The position numbers and the translations under genes are program-made. The notes below the pieces were generated by a model, which worked only from the letters and a program-made list of their open reading frames with translations, was not told where the DNA came from and did no database searches. A DNA stretch of 64,000 bases, taken from an uncultured Candidatus Saccharibacteria bacterium (GTDB taxonomy: Bacteria; Patescibacteriota; Minisyncoccia; Phycocordibacterales; JACOZG01). The stretch is from the NCBI GenBank assembly GCA_964651115.1, contig CAZYXJ010000002.1, forward strand, positions 48,338 to 112,337, given 5' to 3'. Below, piece after piece: positions 45,133 through 53,232 of the stretch (the stretch's first letter is position 1; every line of letters starts with the position of its first letter).

Positions 45133-47838
45133 ATGTTACCACCATTTTCTAATTTCACATCCAAAGCCAAAGAGGTCATTCGTAAGACACACGAATTGGC
45201 GATTGAGCGGGGTCAGAATCAAGTGACGCCAGTTCATTTATTGGCGGGCTTACTCTTGCAAGAAGAGGGTATTTTGACTTCGATTCTCGATAAGGTTGAG
45301 GTGGATACGATTATGCTCACGGATCACGTGATCGAGCAGATTGATGGCGGAGAATCGAGTCCCGTCGTTTCCCCTTCCTACCAAATTTATTTGACGCCAG
45401 AGTTGGTCCGAATTTTGGATAGTTCGGTTAAGGTGGCCAATACGATGGGGGATGAATTTGTTTCAGTTGAGCATTTGCTCTTGGCTCTTTTGGAGACCCC
45501 CAATCAGGCCCACGAAATTTTGAATCGCTTTCGCGTTAACCGTGATCGCGTTTTAAAGGTGGTGCAAGAGATGCGCACTAAGCGGACTGAGACAACGGGT
45601 GGTGAGAAGCGCTTTAAGGCGATTGAAAAGTTTACTAAGAATCTCACCGAGCTAGCGCGCCATGACAAACTTGACCCAGTAATTGGTCGCGAGGAGGAGG
45701 TCCAGCGGATTATGGAAATTTTGTCTCGTCGGACGAAAAATAATCCGATCTTGATCGGTGAGGCCGGTGTTGGTAAGACGGCGATTGCCGAGGGATTGGC
45801 CAATAAGATTGCTAAGGGTGATGTGCCCGAGTCTTTGCGTGATAAAGAACTTGTTTCGCTTGATCTTGGTTTGTTGGTGGCGGGGACTAAATATCGAGGC
45901 GAATTCGAAGAGCGCCTCAAGAATGTGATCAAAGAGATTGAGCGTTCGGCCAACAAAATCATTTTGTTTATTGACGAGATCCACACCATCGTCGGAGCCG
46001 GGGCCGCCGAGGGAGCCATTGATGCTTCTAATATGCTCAAACCAGCTTTGGCGCGCGGCGAACTGCGGGCCATCGGAGCCACTACTTTTAAGGAATATCA
46101 AAAGCATATTGAAAAGGATCAGGCCCTAACGCGTCGCTTTCAGCCCGTCCACGTCGAGGAGCCGAGCGTTGAAGATGCTGTGACCATTTTGCGCGGCTTG
46201 AAAGATAAGTATGAGTATCATCACGGTATCCACATTACTGATGGCGCGATCGTGGCGGCAGTAACGCTCTCGAGTCGGTACATCACTGACCGCTTTTTGC
46301 CCGACAAGGCGATTGACTTGGTTGACGAAGCGTCTTCGGCCCTACGCTTGCAGTTAGAAAACAAGCCGGTTGCTCTAGAGCAGGCCGACACTAAGATCCG
46401 TCGTTTGGAGGTGGAGAAGGAGGCCCTCAAAAAAGAGGTGGAATTGAATGATGATAAAAAAGCCAAAGCTCGGATCAAGAAGATTGATAAGGAGGTTGGC
46501 GATTTGCGTGAGGGGGTGGGCGAGTTGGAGCTCCGTTGGCGCAACGAGAAGGAGACTATCGCTGAGATTAAGCAGGGCAAGGGCGAACTAGAGCGCTTGC
46601 GTTTGGAAGCCGAGCAGGCCGAACTGCGCGGCGACCTTTCTCGCGCCGCCGAGATTCGCTATGGGCGAATTCCGGAAACCGAAAAGCATCTCCGCACGCG
46701 CGAGACCAAATTAAAAAAGTTGCAGGGGACGCGTCGGATTTTGAAAGAAGAAATTACTGAGGAAGATATTGCCAAAGTGGTGGCTCGCTGGACGCACATT
46801 CCGGTCACTAAGATGCTTGAGGGTGAGGCCGACAAATTGTTGCGAATGGAAGATGAATTGCGAGCGCGCGTTCGCGGTCAGGATGAGGCCCTCCGCAAAA
46901 TCAGCGAAGCGGTTAAGCGCTCACGCGCCGGCATTTCTGATCCCGATCGGCCGATTGGCTCCTTTATGTTGCTTGGGCCAACCGGCGTAGGTAAAACGGA
47001 GCTGGCCAAGGCGCTCTCGTCATTTATGTTTAATGATGAAAAATCTCTCGTGCGCGTCGACATGAGCGAGTACATGGAAAAATATTCGGTTTCTAAAATG
47101 ATTGGTTCGCCGCCGGGTTACGTGGGACACGACGAGGGTGGGGCGCTAACGGAGACGGTTCGTCATCGGCCTTATTCGGTTTTGCTTTTTGATGAGATCG
47201 AAAAGGCCCATCCCGAAGTCTTTAATATCTTGTTGCAAGTGTTAGATAATGGTCGCCTCACGGACGCCAAGGGGCGGGTGGTTAACTTTAAGAACACGAT
47301 TATCTTGCTGACCTCAAATATTGGCAGTGAGTTTATGAATCGTTTGCAAAAAATTGGCTTTGCCGGCGAGGATGCTTCCACGATGTTGGGAGAGTTTGAG
47401 GAGACTAAGTCGCGCATTATGGATAGTCTCAAGAATCATTTCCGACCAGAATTTTTGAATCGCTTGGACGATATTATTATCTTTAATCCGCTTCGAGCGG
47501 AGGTGATCCGCGAGATTGTGGACATTCAATTGGGTCTAGTCCGGACGCGTTTAGCGGCGAAGCAGATCCAATTAGAAGTTTCGGCCGAAGCGATGGATTG
47601 GTTGGCGCGGGAAGGCTACAGTCAGGAGTACGGCGTGCGACCGCTTAAGCGCTTGATCCAAAACAAAATTCTTAACCCGGTGGCCGAGTTTATTATCTCC
47701 CGCAAGCTCGATCGCGGTGGCGTCTTGGTGGTGGAGATTAAAAACGGTCAACCCGCAATCGAGATCCGTAAGGGCGGGCGATCGCGCAAGTCCTCACTGC
47801 GCAATCTTAACGAGACACTCTCGGCTGGCAGTAAATAG
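45133..47838 (+). CDS. clpB: ATP-dependent chaperone ClpB
   Basis: It has two AAA+ modules ([15 protein letters not shown] and [16 protein letters not shown]), a middle coiled-coil domain and a ~900 aa length. Confidence 0.9.
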   Translation: MLPPFSNFTSKAKEVIRKTHELAIERGQNQVTPVHLLAGLLLQEEGILTSILDKVEVDTIMLTDHVIEQIDGGESSPVVSPSYQIYLTPELVRILDSSVKVANTMGDEFVSVEHLLLALLETPNQAHEILNRFRVNRDRVLKVVQEMRTKRTETTGGEKRFKAIEKFTKNLTELARHDKLDPVIGREEEVQRIMEILSRRTKNNPILIGEAGVGKTAIAEGLANKIAKGDVPESLRDKELVSLDLGLLVAGTKYRGEFEERLKNVIKEIERSANKIILFIDEIHTIVGAGAAEGAIDASNMLKPALARGELRAIGATTFKEYQKHIEKDQALTRRFQPVHVEEPSVEDAVTILRGLKDKYEYHHGIHITDGAIVAAVTLSSRYITDRFLPDKAIDLVDEASSALRLQLENKPVALEQADTKIRRLEVEKEALKKEVELNDDKKAKARIKKIDKEVGDLREGVGELELRWRNEKETIAEIKQGKGELERLRLEAEQAELRGDLSRAAEIRYGRIPETEKHLRTRETKLKKLQGTRRILKEEITEEDIAKVVARWTHIPVTKMLEGEADKLLRMEDELRARVRGQDEALRKISEAVKRSRAGISDPDRPIGSFMLLGPTGVGKTELAKALSSFMFNDEKSLVRVDMSEYMEKYSVSKMIGSPPGYVGHDEGGALTETVRHRPYSVLLFDEIEKAHPEVFNILLQVLDNGRLTDAKGRVVNFKNTIILLTSNIGSEFMNRLQKIGFAGEDASTMLGEFEETKSRIMDSLKNHFRPEFLNRLDDIIIFNPLRAEVIREIVDIQLGLVRTRLAAKQIQLEVSAEAMDWLAREGYSQEYGVRPLKRLIQNKILNPVAEFIISRKLDRGGVLVVEIKNGQPAIEIRKGGRSRKSSLRNLNETLSAGSK

Positions 47839-47882
47839 TGGGTGACATTTGAGCTGGTTTTTGCTATTCTACGAGCGTATTT

Positions 47883-47968
47883 GCGTCGGTGGTAGAGTGG
47901 TCAATTACAACAGACTGTAAATCTGTCGCCCTTTGGGCTACGTAGGTTCGAATCCTACCCGGCGCACC
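47883..47968 (+). tRNA. tRNA-Tyr (anticodon GTA), long variable arm
   Basis: It folds with acceptor GCGTCGG/CCGGCGC, anticodon loop CTGTAAA on stem ACAGA/TCTGT and T-arm GTAGGTTCGAATCCTAC. CC is encoded. Confidence 0.7.
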
Positions 47969-48060
47969 GCTTGATTGACTTTTCGTGTTTGGGGTGGTAA
48001 TATTGTTCGCAGATTGACTGCCACGGTGGCAGTTAAAAACTAGATAAAGGAGGGAGAGCA

Positions 48061-48477
48061 ATGGAGAAGGGAGAACTTAAGGCCAGGCTCGAGAGAGCTC
48101 TTCGTCGCACGGAGAAAGTGCCCCGGCAGCTCGTGGTCATGTTTCCGGATCATCCTCAACTTAACGAAATGATGAGGGTGTTGTCTGGCGACGAGCAGAA
48201 GGAATTTCTGCAGCTCTTTGTGAGAGCTTGGCGGCTGGGGGCGAGGGAGGTATTTGTGGAAATCTTGCCCTGGCTCAATAGCCACAAGTTCAAGTGGAGC
48301 ATGGTAGAGGCTTCCGGTAACGAGCTCCACTTCCATTCCTGCGCTGACGACGGCTTGGTCGTCTGTGAGTGTTCACTAAGTTCGTCGAGTTCTTTGGCGG
48401 GGCTCGACGCTCGGGTTCCTCTTAGGAAGACCCTTTTCTGGGTGGCGGGTCGCTCCCAAGACCTACCCATTTTCTAG
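48061..48477 (+). CDS. Hypothetical protein (138 aa), foreign-looking codon usage
   Basis: It has a strong RBS (AAAGGAGGGAGAGCAATGG). Codon usage is rich in CTC/AGG/AGA, unlike the core genes. No family was recognised. Confidence 0.4.
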   Translation: MEKGELKARLERALRRTEKVPRQLVVMFPDHPQLNEMMRVLSGDEQKEFLQLFVRAWRLGAREVFVEILPWLNSHKFKWSMVEASGNELHFHSCADDGLVVCECSLSSSSSLAGLDARVPLRKTLFWVAGRSQDLPIF

Positions 48478-48568
48478 TTTAGGTTCTGGGTCGCAACCTC
48501 GTTGGTACCTGTTTTTAAGCCAGGGCCGCGGGGTTGCTTTTTTATCCGGATGTGCTATTCTGGCCGGC

Positions 48569-48727
48569 ATGTCGCAAGACCAACTCATCAAGCTCGCCTG
48601 CCAGAAGTGCAAGCGAATCAATTACTGGAGCCGCAAGAACCGCAAGACGGTGGAGCGGAAGATTGAGCTTAAAAAGTATTGCCGCTGGTGCAAGGCTCAT
48701 AAACCCCATAAAGAGATTAAAAAATAA
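48569..48727 (+). CDS. rpmG: 50S ribosomal protein L33 (52 aa, below the ORF-track size cutoff)
   Basis: The translation MSQDQLIKLACQKCKRINYWSRKNRKTVERKIELKKYCRWCKAHKPHKEIKK has the two CxxC zinc-ribbon pairs and the NY..KN...+ELKKYC motif of bL33. Confidence 0.7.
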   Translation: MSQDQLIKLACQKCKRINYWSRKNRKTVERKIELKKYCRWCKAHKPHKEIKK

Positions 48728-48733
48728 TTTCAG

Positions 48734-48764
48734 AAAAAGTCCCCGCTCGGGGACTTTTGTTTTA
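48734..48764 (+). terminator. Rho-independent terminator after rpmG
   Basis: The hairpin AAAAAGTCCCCGctcGGGGACTTTT is followed by GTTTT. Confidence 0.6.
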
Positions 48765-48794
48765 GCGCAAAATCGGCTACTATGGGGCCAATCA

Positions 48795-48868
48795 GGGCCT
48801 GTAGTTTCAATGGTAAAACATCGGTCTCCAAAACCGAGGTTCTCGGTTCGAATCCGAGCGGGCCCGCC
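48795..48868 (+). tRNA. tRNA-Trp (anticodon CCA)
   Basis: It folds with acceptor GGGCCTG/CGGGCCC, anticodon loop CTCCAAA on stem TCGGT/ACCGA and T-arm CTCGGTTCGAATCCGAG. Confidence 0.8.
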
Positions 48869-49031
48869 CCAAATATCTGTTATTGGCAGATCTGAGTGCC
48901 TTGGGGCACTTGTTTGTTGAAAACGATCAGATGGCATCTACTCAACATGTAAATACTGAGCAGATGTCATGCCCATGTTGGTAGCATCTCCTTGCAAAAA
49001 AGTACACCGCGGCTTATACTCATTTATACCT

Positions 49032-49667
49032 ATGCTTGATCACCTGAACGAGAACGACAAGAAGGCCTACGCCCTAATCCGCAACCGTCTCGTGCACGGC
49101 ATGGAGGCCCCCACCCTCAGGGAGATAAATGAGGTGACCGGGAAAGCTTCGCCGCGGTCGGCCGTGCTGGCGCTTGAGCGCCTTGAGCGCGCCGGGCTTA
49201 TCCGCCGCGCCGGAAGAAAGATCCGCCTGACCAGACCGAGCCTCGCATCGAACGCCTCGGTATCGACCGTGAATGTTCCGCTCGTCGGCAGCATCGCGGC
49301 TGGCGCACCGATCCTCGCAGAGGAGAACGTCGAGGCGGTGATTCCGGTTTCGACCGCGCTCGCTCGGCCGGGATCGAAGTACTTCCTGCTCCGCGTTTCC
49401 GGAACGTCGATGAACGAAGCAAAGATTGATGGTTCGAAGATAGAGGGCGGCAGCATCGTGCTCGTGCGCCAGCAGAATTCCGCTGACGACGGACAGGTGG
49501 TTGTCGCGCTCATCAACGACGAAGCAACGGTGAAGATACTCGAACGCAAGAACGGCGTCGTCATCCTCCGCCCGAAGTCGTCTGACCAGCATTCGCCGAT
49601 CGTATTAACAGATAACTGCGCTATTCAGGGCGTGGTGGTGGGAGTCCTGCCGCCCGGCCTGCTCTAA
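49032..49667 (+). CDS. lexA: LexA-like S24-family transcriptional repressor (island-borne)
   Basis: An N-terminal wHTH is followed by an S24 peptidase domain with GSIAAGAP (cleavage-site region), VSGTSM (catalytic Ser) and KIL (catalytic Lys). The start was moved to the ATG at 49032. The ORF-track start is 48969. Confidence 0.7.
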   Translation: MLDHLNENDKKAYALIRNRLVHGMEAPTLREINEVTGKASPRSAVLALERLERAGLIRRAGRKIRLTRPSLASNASVSTVNVPLVGSIAAGAPILAEENVEAVIPVSTALARPGSKYFLLRVSGTSMNEAKIDGSKIEGGSIVLVRQQNSADDGQVVVALINDEATVKILERKNGVVILRPKSSDQHSPIVLTDNCAIQGVVVGVLPPGLL

Positions 49668-49671
49668 ACAT

Positions 49672-49899
49672 ATGGCAAAGAACATCCACACCGTATTCAA
49701 CTCCGACAAGCACCGCTGGGAGAACAAGTCCGAGGGAAGCGCGAAGCCCCTCTCGTGGCACCGCACCAAGGATAACGCGGAAGACCGCGCCCAGGACATC
49801 GCGGAGAACAAGAAGGTCGAGCATTTTATCCATGGTAAAGACGGAAAGATCCAGGAGCGCAACAGCTACGGGAACGATCCATTCCCGCCTCGCGGCTAA
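49672..49899 (+). CDS. DUF2188 domain protein
   Basis: The W.HRTKDNAEDRAQDIAENKKVEHFIHGKDGKIQE pattern is typical of DUF2188. It sits 5 nt after lexA. Confidence 0.5.
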   Translation: MAKNIHTVFNSDKHRWENKSEGSAKPLSWHRTKDNAEDRAQDIAENKKVEHFIHGKDGKIQERNSYGNDPFPPRG

Positions 49900-49904
49900 C
49901 ACCC

Positions 49905-50327
49905 ATGGAATCGAAATTGAAACACCTTGAATTCATTCAGGACGCCATCAAACGGATGGCGGGCAACTCATTCCTGCTCAGGGGGTGGAGTATCACCTTG
50001 GTGATTGCGATCTTCACTCTTGCCAGCCAGACCTACCGGCCGATCTACGTTTGGATCGCCCTTTTTATAACGGTGGTGTTCTGGCTTCTCGACTCGTACT
50101 ACCTCCGTCAGGAACGCCGCTTCCGCTGCCTCTACGAGATAGTCCGGGTGAAAGACCCTGGGAGCATCGACTTCTCGATGTCGCTCCCGAAGAAACACTG
50201 CAGCAACTGCAGCTGGTTCTCGGCAGCCAGATCCCCCATCTTTACCGTGTTCTACGGATTAATAACCATGATCTTGATCGCGATCCTGCTCGGGATCTAC
50301 CTCAATATCTCAATAACCCTAAAATAA
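49905..50327 (+). CDS. Small 2-3 TM membrane protein (hypothetical)
   Basis: A 140 aa ORF has hydrophobic helices GWSITLVIAIFTLA, IYVWIALFITVVFWLL and FTVFYGLITMILIAILLGIYL. It is tightly packed in the cassette. Confidence 0.45.
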   Translation: MESKLKHLEFIQDAIKRMAGNSFLLRGWSITLVIAIFTLASQTYRPIYVWIALFITVVFWLLDSYYLRQERRFRCLYEIVRVKDPGSIDFSMSLPKKHCSNCSWFSAARSPIFTVFYGLITMILIAILLGIYLNISITLK

Positions 50328-50330
50328 TTT

Positions 50331-50975
50331 ATGGCCCGAAAAATATTCTTCAGTTTCCATTATGAGCGCGATGCTTGGCGAGCCGGCCAGGTTCGCAACA
50401 GCGACTTGCTCCCTAACGAGGATGAACGCGGATTCATCGACGCAGCGGCATGGGAGGAAATAAAGCGCAAAGGCGATGCGGCGATTCAGAACTGGATCAA
50501 CGAGCAGCTTGAAGGCACCTCGGTCACAGTCGTTCTAATTGGAGCAGAAACCTCGCAACGCCCGTGGGTTGATTACGAAATCCGCACCAGCTGGGAGCGA
50601 GGCAATGCCATCATCGGCCTCTACATCCACGGCGTGAAAGATCAGGAGAGCAAGACTGACACGAAGGGCGCAAATCCTCTCGACGGCATCTATCTCGCTG
50701 ACGGGCAGCCACTCTCAAGCGCATGCAAGACTTATGACTGGGTTCTCAACGACGGGCGCAACAATCTCGGCGGCTGGGCAGATCTCGCTGCAAAGGAACG
50801 CGCAGAGTACAAGGGCGAAACTAAGCTCAAGGTCGGAGCGGTAAAGGGCTTGGTGCCGCCTCCAACCCGCCCGACAACTCCGGGACTTATTAATCCGACC
50901 ATGCCACGAACCGCGCCCAACACAGGCTTCGTGCCTCATTCTCCGCATTCGGACTATGCTGACGGAGAGCGATAA
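50331..50975 (+). CDS. TIR-like domain protein (ThsB-like / DUF1863-type)
   Basis: The N-terminus MARKIFFSFHYERDAWRAGQVRN, then GTSVTVVLIGAETSQRPWVDYEIRTSWERGNAIIGLYIHG, matches my recollection of the conserved blocks of the MTH538/ThsB TIR-like family. A Pro-rich C-terminal tail follows. Confidence 0.6.
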   Translation: MARKIFFSFHYERDAWRAGQVRNSDLLPNEDERGFIDAAAWEEIKRKGDAAIQNWINEQLEGTSVTVVLIGAETSQRPWVDYEIRTSWERGNAIIGLYIHGVKDQESKTDTKGANPLDGIYLADGQPLSSACKTYDWVLNDGRNNLGGWADLAAKERAEYKGETKLKVGAVKGLVPPPTRPTTPGLINPTMPRTAPNTGFVPHSPHSDYADGER

Positions 50976-51660
50976 GCAGTGGCTGGCGGAAAACTATCCG
51001 AATCTTTCGGTCGAATCAGATAACCGGGTTTTTGGCGAGGTGCCGTTCGTTGCGACCTACAACGCTGAGACTGGACGGTTTTTGCAGATTACTCCTGACG
51101 TCGTAGACGGCGTGGGAGGATTGCGACTGTCCGGAACATTTTGTATCGCCATAGCAGAGCGAACTACGACGCCTAACTCGCGCCTGCCGGCGCTCACCGT
51201 CGAAGGAGTTGATACGCTGCCGGATCGCCACTTCAACCAGTCTGACCTCAGCGCCTGCATGTGCAATCCTCTCGAGGAAGACGAATATCTAGAGCCTGCG
51301 TTCGATTTTCAGAGATACTTCAAGGAGTTGGTGATCCCGTTTCTTTACGGCCAGCTGTGCTATTCACAAGAGACGCGATGGCCTTGGTTCGACTACGCAC
51401 ATGGTGGCGTAGGGACAATTGAGGCGTTCTCCAAAAATCCCACACCAGCCAAAGCGGAGGAATGTATCGGAATCATCTCGCGCGAAATCCGTCTGTGGCC
51501 GCTAGTTAAACGGTTGCTGCTACAGACGGGTGACATAAAGGGACACGCTCCATGCCTGTGTCCGAAGCGCGATCATTTACGGCGATGCCATCCTGTAGCG
51601 CTTACAGGTTTGAGGCTTCTAAGGGACGCGGTGAAAACGCACAAGATCCAGCTCCCGTAA
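50956..51660 (+). CDS. Hypothetical Cys-rich protein, translationally coupled to the TIR-like gene (candidate effector/sensor partner)
   Basis: A 234 aa ORF overlaps the TIR gene by 20 nt. Its Cys/His clusters (CMCNP, CYSQ, HAPCLCPKRDHLRRCHP) suggest metal binding. No family was recognised. Confidence 0.4.
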   Translation: MLTESDKQWLAENYPNLSVESDNRVFGEVPFVATYNAETGRFLQITPDVVDGVGGLRLSGTFCIAIAERTTTPNSRLPALTVEGVDTLPDRHFNQSDLSACMCNPLEEDEYLEPAFDFQRYFKELVIPFLYGQLCYSQETRWPWFDYAHGGVGTIEAFSKNPTPAKAEECIGIISREIRLWPLVKRLLLQTGDIKGHAPCLCPKRDHLRRCHPVALTGLRLLRDAVKTHKIQLP

Positions 51661-51710
51661 AAGTGACACATGAATGTCCCGTTTCAGTGTCACTTTTGTA
51701 ACTTTTCAAA
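51661..51710 (+). terminator. Rho-independent terminator ending the cassette
   Basis: The 10-bp stem AAAGTGACAC...GTGTCACTTT is followed by TGTAACTTTTCAAAAAA. Confidence 0.55.
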
Positions 51711-51830
51711 AAACCAGCTAGCGACCCGGGTGCCTCGGCAAACCCCAGGTGGATGCGCTAGAATACCCTTGTAAACACTCACCTCACGGGTACTAATCCC
51801 GAATGGCCCGCCAAGAAGTGTTAAATTTTA

Positions 51831-51873
51831 AAAAAGATTTCCCCCAGGCAGTTATCTGCGCTGGGGGATGGGG
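51831..51873 (-). terminator. Repeat copy A: hairpin terminator abutting the stop of the 51875-52450 gene
   Basis: On the minus strand the sequence reads CCCCATCCCCCAGCGCAGATAACTGCCTGGGGG followed by AAATCTTTTTT. It is near-identical to copy B at 52537-52587. Confidence 0.5.
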
Positions 51874-51874
51874 C

Positions 51875-52450
51875 TTATGGATGGTCGCGGAGGGAGTTGA
51901 GAAAGGCGGTCATTTCATTCATCGTTCTTTGTTGGAAGTCTTTTGTTCCGGTCAAGTTGATTACCTCTTCGGGAAGCTCGTGCCAACTTTCGGCTCCAGC
52001 ATCGCAGAGGGTAATAATGTGATCAAAAATCTCAAAATTCCCCACGGCCGAGCAGGTTTCTATTCCTGCCCGGGTAAGTCCTTGCCACCGAGGGCGACCC
52101 ACGATCACTGTTAGATTTGGGAACTTTTGACGGTTCGTCGAATTTTGTATCAGTGCCCTAAGCCTTTCTGCTTCCATAAAAGCGTTTTTAGCAGTCCACT
52201 GAGATTCCACTTCATCCACTTCAGCTTTAGCCACAACAAGCCTAGCTGGGGCGAGCTGGATAAAGGGGAAGTATTTCCGCCAATTTTTTGACTCCTGGTC
52301 CGTTTCTTCGTGAGTTACATAACGGCAATTTTTGATGTGGAATCCGTGTTGGCAGAGGGGGGTGAGCAGATCAATTAGGGGTTTGCTAAATCCTTTTTCC
52401 CTCAGCCATTTTTGGCTCGCTTTCTCGGGCAGAAGCGCCTTTGTGTTCAT
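51875..52450 (-). CDS. Hypothetical protein, paralog A (191 aa)
   Basis: It shares a W(K/R)(H/K)(Y/F)FPFI.L block and the N-terminal pattern with the 52588-53121 product. Its lower GC and AAA/AGG codons look foreign. Confidence 0.4.
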   Translation of the reverse strand: MNTKALLPEKASQKWLREKGFSKPLIDLLTPLCQHGFHIKNCRYVTHEETDQESKNWRKYFPFIQLAPARLVVAKAEVDEVESQWTAKNAFMEAERLRALIQNSTNRQKFPNLTVIVGRPRWQGLTRAGIETCSAVGNFEIFDHIITLCDAGAESWHELPEEVINLTGTKDFQQRTMNEMTAFLNSLRDHP

Positions 52451-52536
52451 TTCAATGTTCTCCTTGGGTAAGGTTTGGAATTTTGCTCCTGGCTTCTAAA
52501 CTATTCTTTTAAAAACATTTGTCAATTTTATTTTTT

Positions 52537-52587
52537 TAAAAAAGATTTCCCCCAGAGCAGTTTTCTGCGCTGGGGGATGGGGGGGGG
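52537..52587 (-). terminator. Repeat copy B: hairpin terminator abutting the stop of the 52588-53121 gene
   Basis: The core is the same as copy A (AAAAAGATTTCCCCCAGAGCAGTTTTCTGCGCTGGGGGATGGGG) with an extended G-run. Confidence 0.5.
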
Positions 52588-53121
52588 TTACTTGGTCGGG
52601 AGATTGTCCATGAGCCACTTGCCGAAGGCCACCAATTCTTTACGGCCCCGCTCTTGGAATCTTTTCCGTTTGGTTGGATTGTTATATTCGCGCGGAATTT
52701 TGGCCACCCAGGGTCCGCCCCGGTCACAGAGGGTCAGGTACCAGGCCAGATGTTCTGGAGAAGGTGTTGGCCGTTGACCGTAGATTTTTCCTCGGTGAAC
52801 CTCAAGATCCTTTTTGAATTTGTGGTTAAAGCGGTCCACCAGGTCTGACAGCCGATGGAACTGTCTTTCGTCATTGTCGTCGATGCGTGGCAGTGAGGTG
52901 AAGGTTATGACCGACCCTCGATATGTACCCTCGACTGGCTCGTTGGTTGTCAGGGTTATGAAAGGGAAATGTTTCCAACGTGCGCCCAGCACCGTAAATC
53001 GATGGTAGAAAAGAGCTTCCACCGCATCCCTTAGTGGGTGAGTGGAGCCCATTTTTTGCAACAGGGGGTTTTGGGGCAGATAGCATTTCATCCTTTCGAT
53101 GAAAAGTTCTTGAGGAGACAA
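52588..53121 (-). CDS. Hypothetical protein, paralog B (177 aa)
   Basis: See paralog A. It is divergent, but the shared blocks and the duplicated 3' hairpin indicate a tandem duplication. Confidence 0.4.
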   Translation of the reverse strand: MSPQELFIERMKCYLPQNPLLQKMGSTHPLRDAVEALFYHRFTVLGARWKHFPFITLTTNEPVEGTYRGSVITFTSLPRIDDNDERQFHRLSDLVDRFNHKFKKDLEVHRGKIYGQRPTPSPEHLAWYLTLCDRGGPWVAKIPREYNNPTKRKRFQERGRKELVAFGKWLMDNLPTK

Positions 53122-53232
53122 GTTTATTCCCTTTCAGTAAGAGTTTGATGGTTCAGTTCTGGTTTTTAAATTACTACTTATTAAAATAATGTCAAGTGCC
53201 GGCTGGGGTGAGGCTTTGGTATACTACACTCC

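Noticed and set aside
45504-46107. Minus-strand ORFs of 192 and 151 aa inside clpB.
   Set aside because: They are antisense to a highly conserved AAA+ gene and have no motifs.
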